A stretch of DNA of 64,000 nucleotides from the human T2T-CHM13v2.0 reference genome, Homo sapiens: assembly GCF_009914755.1 (NCBI RefSeq), contig NC_060927.1; one strand, 5' to 3'. Positions within the stretch are counted from its first letter, which is position 1. Each line of letters starts with the position of its first letter. Made by a program: the position numbers and the translations under genes. This document shows positions 57,903-64,000 of the stretch, in pieces. The notes below the pieces were generated by a model. It saw only the letters and a program-made list of their open reading frames with translations, was not told the DNA's origin and ran no database searches.

Positions 57903-58010
57903 TATGTGTATATATATATACACACACACACATATATGTGTATATATATATACACGTACGTATGTGTATATATATATATATGTGTATATATATATACACA
58001 TACATATATA
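57903..58010. repeat. (TA)n/(CA)n microsatellite
   Basis: Alternating purine-pyrimidine tract. Confidence 0.93.
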
Positions 58011-60163
58011 TCCTCTCACATTTCACATTTTATCCTCATTTCCAGACATGATACACTGTTGGCTAACATATTTTCTATATTATCAATAGCAGATTAGCTT
58101 ATTCCTTGCCTATGAAGGGCAAGTTAAAAGTTCAATGTTAGTAAGAGTCGGTTCACCCTTCACCCTGATCTGTGACCCTAGACAGTGTTCCAGAACCTAA
58201 CTATCCCTCTAATAAAAAACAATAGGAAAACCCCATGCAAGAGTGAATGGCCTCCTAACACTACTGGAAAATATCTCCAATGACATATGTTCATCTAGAG
58301 GCTAGCAGCACCTTCTTTACACACAACAGGCAGTAACACTGACAATTTCTTTAAAACCAGCTGCATTCCATGCCTTTCCCTGGACCCTGGGAATGCAGCA
58401 AGGAGAAAGTTAGACCCAGTCCCTGCCTTCTTAGAACTGCATTCTAAATTCTGCTTCTTCCAGCAAGTCTGTTGAAAATTTCAGATAATCTTGATTTCTT
58501 TCTTCTCTGAGCTTCTGTAGCACTTAGAATCTGTAACTGAATATAAGACCACTTTATACTGGAATTTTATGTGTTTCACTTTTACTCATTCAGGCAACAC
58601 TAATCTCCTTTTCCCAATGAGATTATAAATGCCTTGAAATCAAGGAATTTTTTAATTTTCTGTTATACTTAATGCTTAACACAAGAGTGGTCACTCCGAT
58701 TTAATGTTGCCTTTTTGTTGCTGTTGAGCAGCTAAAAAAATTACAGGTAAAAAAGACTAAGCAATTTTAAATACAATTTTGAGAACTTTGAATAACACAA
58801 ACTAGTAAGTAATATATTCATACATAAATATTTAATTCACAATCTCTCTATAGTATTAAATGAAAAGCAAATTCTTATCACTGTATACGCATAGGAAAAA
58901 GAGACAGATACCAAAATAGTACGTTAAATCATATGAAATTGTGAGTTTTGTTGTCTAGTAGGTCCATACGGTTAAACACAATATAAATTCAGCTTGGTTA
59001 TAGGTGGAATTAAATTTTCTTCATATTTTAAGGTACTTTATTTTCCTATAGTAAACATTTATTTTTAATTAGAAAAACAATTTAAAATTACTCTGATTTG
59101 TTAAATACACTAATAAGGCACTCTTTTTTGAAATCTGTGAAAAGATGATTTGTCCACAGCAAGTCTGACATCTAGCCTTCTAAAGACTTGGTGGGATTTG
59201 CTGCATTAGATCCAGCACAACTGTCCTTGACAAGGTGACTATTTGGTGTCTAACACCCTCTAGTGAGCGGATTGCGAACACTCAGTTTATTCTTGTAATT
59301 ACACTTGAAAACAGAGGACCTCTCCAATTGATGCCAGCATTGTTACTAATGGTTTTTAGTTGCAGAAAATTATGATTATGAGTGTGAATTTCTAAAGGAG
59401 CTCAGTTTTCATTTTTTTGTGAGTCAAATGAGTCCAGTGTTTCTATTATTAATAGATACAGCCTTTACCTTCAATTCAATTTGAATTGCAAAGACTCAAG
59501 ATAAAGAATGGTATAACATTTAAGGACATCAGGATTAACTGGATTATCTACCACCCTTCTAATTTCAATGCAACCAGTCTGTATTACCTATGGCACATGC
59601 CACAGGGATAATGCCCACGTGACTGACAGGAACAACCAAGTACATAGCCTAGAACAGGAGAGCTGGGGGTGATCATTAAATGCTACACAATGGAGCTGGG
59701 GCCTGTGCCACATGGCTTTCAACGTTAATATTTATTCAGAAATTGGATAAATGTCATTCATTTATATAAATTCAATATAGCCAGTTGGTTCTTTGCACTT
59801 TAATTTTTACTCTTCCTTTGAACTAATGCTGTGAGTTTAGATTTATTGTGCAAATTTCAATTTGATGAATTAAATAAATAAATGAACATTTAAAGATATG
59901 TATTCATTTACAATCTGAACCTCACTCAGTCCTAAATTTAGTATCCATTACTTTCTGAGGTTGAATTTCTTCTGGTAAAGACCTTTTGTTAGCACCATTC
60001 CCAGGGTAATTCCCCTTTCCCCCAAGAAGATCCCAAGCAGCAACTCTTCCTATCTCTTGTTTCTCTTTAAACTGGGAGGGTTCTTTGTAATACAAGCTGC
60101 AGGCTGAAACCATCTCACCTTACCTACTTGTATTGGTTCAACACATATTTACTATAGTGCTAT

Positions 60164-61879
60164 TGTAAAAATCTGGATCAATATTCTAGTTCTGAGCAAT
60201 TATCCTGTAAATCCTGCCAGGTGATGAGAATAAATAGGATGCCGATCACCCAGAGGTTTCCTTTTGGGGAAAGTAAGACCGAGGGAGCTAACCAAATCCA
60301 AGCCCCATGCACCCAAATCTTAGCAAGCATAACTATAGCCACCAGTTATCTGGGTGTGTCACAAGACATTCTTTCCTCTCTCTTGGAGGACGCAGTTCCA
60401 CGGCTTCACCTTAGCATTCGGCTTATGATAAGGAGTCCATGCAACCCCTCCAAGACACATTTTTGTCCCAAACTCTATTCCAAGCTTCGGGTCAAAGCCC
60501 TAGGAAAGAAAACTGGATCTAAGGGATCCAGAGGTAGACGATAACAGAGGTTAAAAGGCACAGTGCAGGTGAACATGGCTAATTCCTATTGATTAAGCCA
60601 AGCCTCCCATTTCATGGATAAAGGTAATGCTAGTATCCATGGCATAAATGAGGTCTAGGGAACTCCAAGGCTACTGACAGTAGGGGGGGATAGAGACATA
60701 GGTGAGAGTGGATAATTCCTATTCTCTAGGCCCTCCCTGCTTCATGGGTGCAGGCCTCTTTGGCACCCATGGGTGGTGGCTGCCAAGGTCGCCAGGACCC
60801 AGGGATGCAAGGAAGAAAGAGGGCGCTCTTCCTTCTTTCCCTCACGTACCCCAGGTATTTGCTAGGAAAAGAAGGGAACAAGGGATGTCTGCTCCCCTCT
60901 TTCTAGATGGGTAGCCATTCATCTTCAGTCTATACCCCTTTCAAATGCATCCTGAACCCCTTTGAAATAACACCTTCTTTTTTCCTTTCTCCTCCTCTGT
61001 CCTCTCTCCACTGATAGGTAACTGTGTCTCCATACTATAGAACACTCCCCTCAGATGCATCCTCCAAACTGGAAAGAGTTAATTTCCCAAACCTTAAACT
61101 GGTGGATTTAGGATTGGGCTCAGGGGAAGAGAACCCAGAAGCCCAGCATGCTGGCAAAAACGCAAAGGTTTTTTACCAGTCAGGCTTTTAGCCTCCCTCT
61201 CCCTGTGCAAACTGGTAAAAGGCCTCGGGATTTTTTAGCTGTCCTTACCCCTCCCATTTCCCAAAATGAAAATGCTTGTTCATTTTGATACATGTTTTCT
61301 AATAATCAGGTTTGTCTCTTTTTGCCCTCAGGCCATCAAACTCCAAATGGTCATGCAACTGGAGCCTTGGATGATGGCCCCTTCTATTGGGGACCTTTAG
61401 ATAGGCCGCTGAGAGAGATCTATTTTTCCCAAAACAGCACCCCCTGTCAGCAGGAAGCAGTTAAGATCCATCTTCATCCTCATCCTTATTTTAATGGCAG
61501 TTAGATGTACTTCTTTAGAGTGCGGGAACCAGACAGCCAAGCATAAAGGGGTCCCTGGAGAAACTCCAACCGGCATGCACACTAGGAGGAGTGCACACTG
61601 GGGCGGAGCCTCGGGAAGTTCAAGCGTTTGCAGTGGAGAGGACCTGGCCCCTCCTCTTCCTGGTTAGTACCTGGGATTCAAGCTGTGAGGCAGGAAGCCA
61701 GCTAGCAGGACTTTCGGTTTTCTGAGACTCCCCGTTTTCTTTTCTTTTCTTTTCTTTTTTTCGCTTTACACCCGGTAAACCCTGCCCTTCTCATCCTTCA
61801 AAGTGTCTGTGAGCCTAATCTGTTATGGTCGTGTGACAAGGACCCTGTTTTCAGCTGAGCTAAGAACAGTTTTACAATA
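60164..61879 (+). mobile_element. Non-autonomous ERV1 (MER61-like): leader, gag N-terminus, env C-terminal remnant, PPT and 3' LTR (~61529-61879); no 5' LTR
   Basis: gag-like start ATG 60907 (MGSHSSSVYTPFKCILN). env-end motif gccatcaaactccaaatggtc (AIKLQMV) at about 61332. LTR agacagccaag..taaaggggtccc...ggcggagcctcgggaagtt...tgagcctaat...cgtgtgacaagg. Confidence 0.75.
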
Positions 61880-62270
61880 CTATTGGAAGTAATTCAGGGT
61901 GCTTTTTGCTGTATCTGATACAAAGATAATTAAATTGTTTTTAAAATGAGAAATTAACCTAGGATAGCTGGTAATTTAGAAAAGGAATTCTTGTCTGTGT
62001 GTAAGCAACTCTAAAGTAGAATAGAATGCATTAAGCCCCCTCCACACCCCCACCCCACCTCCACAGGTGCAAGTGACGGCCATAGAGCATGAGGAGGGAG
62101 TGGTGCTGTCATTCACAAGTGACTTTGGGGGGGAGCTGGCACTCCAGCTGGATCTTAAACAATGACCCAGCTCAAAATCTTTTCTCTGCCCATCCCCACT
62201 CCCACTCGCCCCTGCACCAACCTTCTCTGCCCTCTCAAATGCTTCCTTTTTTTCTTACTTGAAATTATAG

Positions 62271-62510
62271 TGTTATCTAACCAAACTGGGGTCTGCTGGC
62301 CCAGAGTAGTAAGACCAGATATCCCCACCGAGGTTTGCACCAGAGAAAGGAAGGCATTTATTTGCAGGATGCCAAGCAAGGAGGATCAGGCAGTTAACGT
62401 GCAAGTCCCAACCTCCCCAGTGGCTAGCAGGCAAGGGTTTTTAAAGGCCGGGGTAGATTTCAAGAAAGCAGAAGTCATAGGAGATTACATATTGATTTTG
62501 GCCTAAAAGC
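62271..62510 (-). mobile_element. ERV1 (MER4-group) LTR fragment
   Basis: tgttatctaaccaaactggggtc...gcatttatttgcagg..ccaagcaaggag...gggtttttaaagg (reverse polyA and TATA signals). Confidence 0.6.
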
Positions 62511-62589
62511 ATGACCTAGAAGTTCTCTCAAAGCAGTTCAAGATTTTCTTTTATTTCCGTGCTTGTCCCCCTTCCCCAGCAGACCCCTA

Positions 62590-62940
<351 letters not shown>

Positions 62941-63696
62941 AAGAAAAAGAACAAAAAAGGCAGGAGCCAGGAGAATAGAGAAAAAAAACAAAGTGTGTTC
63001 AGGGAGACGGGTAAAAAGCTCACACTTCAGGACTCTGGGGCAACAGAAACCCGTTGCAGGTTCCCCTTTTGATGTGTAGTTTGGTGAAGGTCCAGAGGCA
63101 AGGGTATTGGGCATGTAAAACATACTTCTGCCAAGACATTTATGTGCGTATGACTCAAGTCAAGCACAGTCCTTCTTTCTGCCAAGCTGTGGTGCAAGAA
63201 AGAGCTTCCTCTACCCTCATGATACCATAGGGTCTCCCAGCCCAAGGAAGAGGCAATACTTCCTAGGTTATCCCAGCAAATTCAAAGCTAAGAGCTCAGG
63301 TGCATTTGGTTTGGATCATAACATTTCAGGTATGTTGAGAGAACAGGAAAGGACTCACCCTTCGTAAAACAGGAAATAGCATGGATTTTTTTCTTCAATG
63401 TCTCTAATAATCTTCTGTTGTGTTAGGTAAAAGATAGGGTGGAGTAGATCTAAGGGAACCATCCCTCAAGGGTCCAGTCCCACTTTACACCCTTACATAA
63501 CAGCAGAAACCCAAAAGGACCAAAGCATGCAGGGAACAAGCCAGTAGCTTTTTCTACTACCTTATTCATACCCCCTCCTGCTCCCTGGTCCCCTGCCTCT
63601 GGAAGATAACCAGGGCCTGTGTCCCCTCCACTCTCCAAGCTCTCAAACTCTGCCCTCCAGAAAGGCTTGGACTTAATCCTCTGATTACTATCCAGG

Positions 63697-64000
63697 TGTA
63701 AACACCCCCACCCACAAAAAAAAAAATTCTAAGCCCCACAACCAACTAAATGGATGCCTCCTCTCCGCCAAGGGGATTTCAAAGATTAGTTAAAACTAAT
63801 TTTAATTAGTTTTAATTAGATTAAAAACAGTAGTTCAGGCCACAATGGGAAGGGGAGTGGGACAGGCCTCATTATTTTCTCCTGCCTTTGGAATTCAGAC
63901 AGAACCGACCAGCATTAACAGCAAAACAGAGATCTTAAGACTGACATAACAGACTCTTTGTAGAATAAGATAGCGAATTCCAACCTAAGTCTAGCATAGC
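63697..64000 (+). mobile_element. MER4-family LTR, running off the window end
   Basis: TGTAAAC...aaaattctaagcccc.caaccaact.aatgga..cctcctctc.gccaaggg..tt.caaag. Confidence 0.8.

Overview
This is primate (very probably human) AT-rich genomic DNA dominated by transposable elements. The only intact protein-coding gene I can find is missing from the ORF track because it is short and spliced. It is the 35-aa SERCA-activating micropeptide DWORF (STRIT1) on the minus strand, CDS 29612-29600 joined to 27018-26924 ([35 protein letters not shown]), with a third non-coding exon starting at 26826. This points to the human chr3q25 STRIT1 locus (from memory, not verified). Downstream of the gene is a 5'-intact L1PB-type LINE (about 6566-18756) carrying four nested insertions: an Alu, a two-LTR HERV-H provirus (10415-16778), a MER51-like solo LTR, and a second, different HERV-H cut off by an apparent deletion into an Alu. 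Upstream is a 3'-truncated, CpG-rich PABPC1 processed pseudogene whose broken end carries two overlapping hairpins. Other oddities are a near-perfect L2-like 65-nt hairpin, an inverted pair of 34-bp tandem arrays, and a MER61-like ERV lacking its 5' LTR but apparently flanked by a target-site duplication. I cannot demonstrate a new biological system. The findings are hypotheses, repeat subfamily names are recalled from consensus sequences, and some repeat boundaries are approximate.
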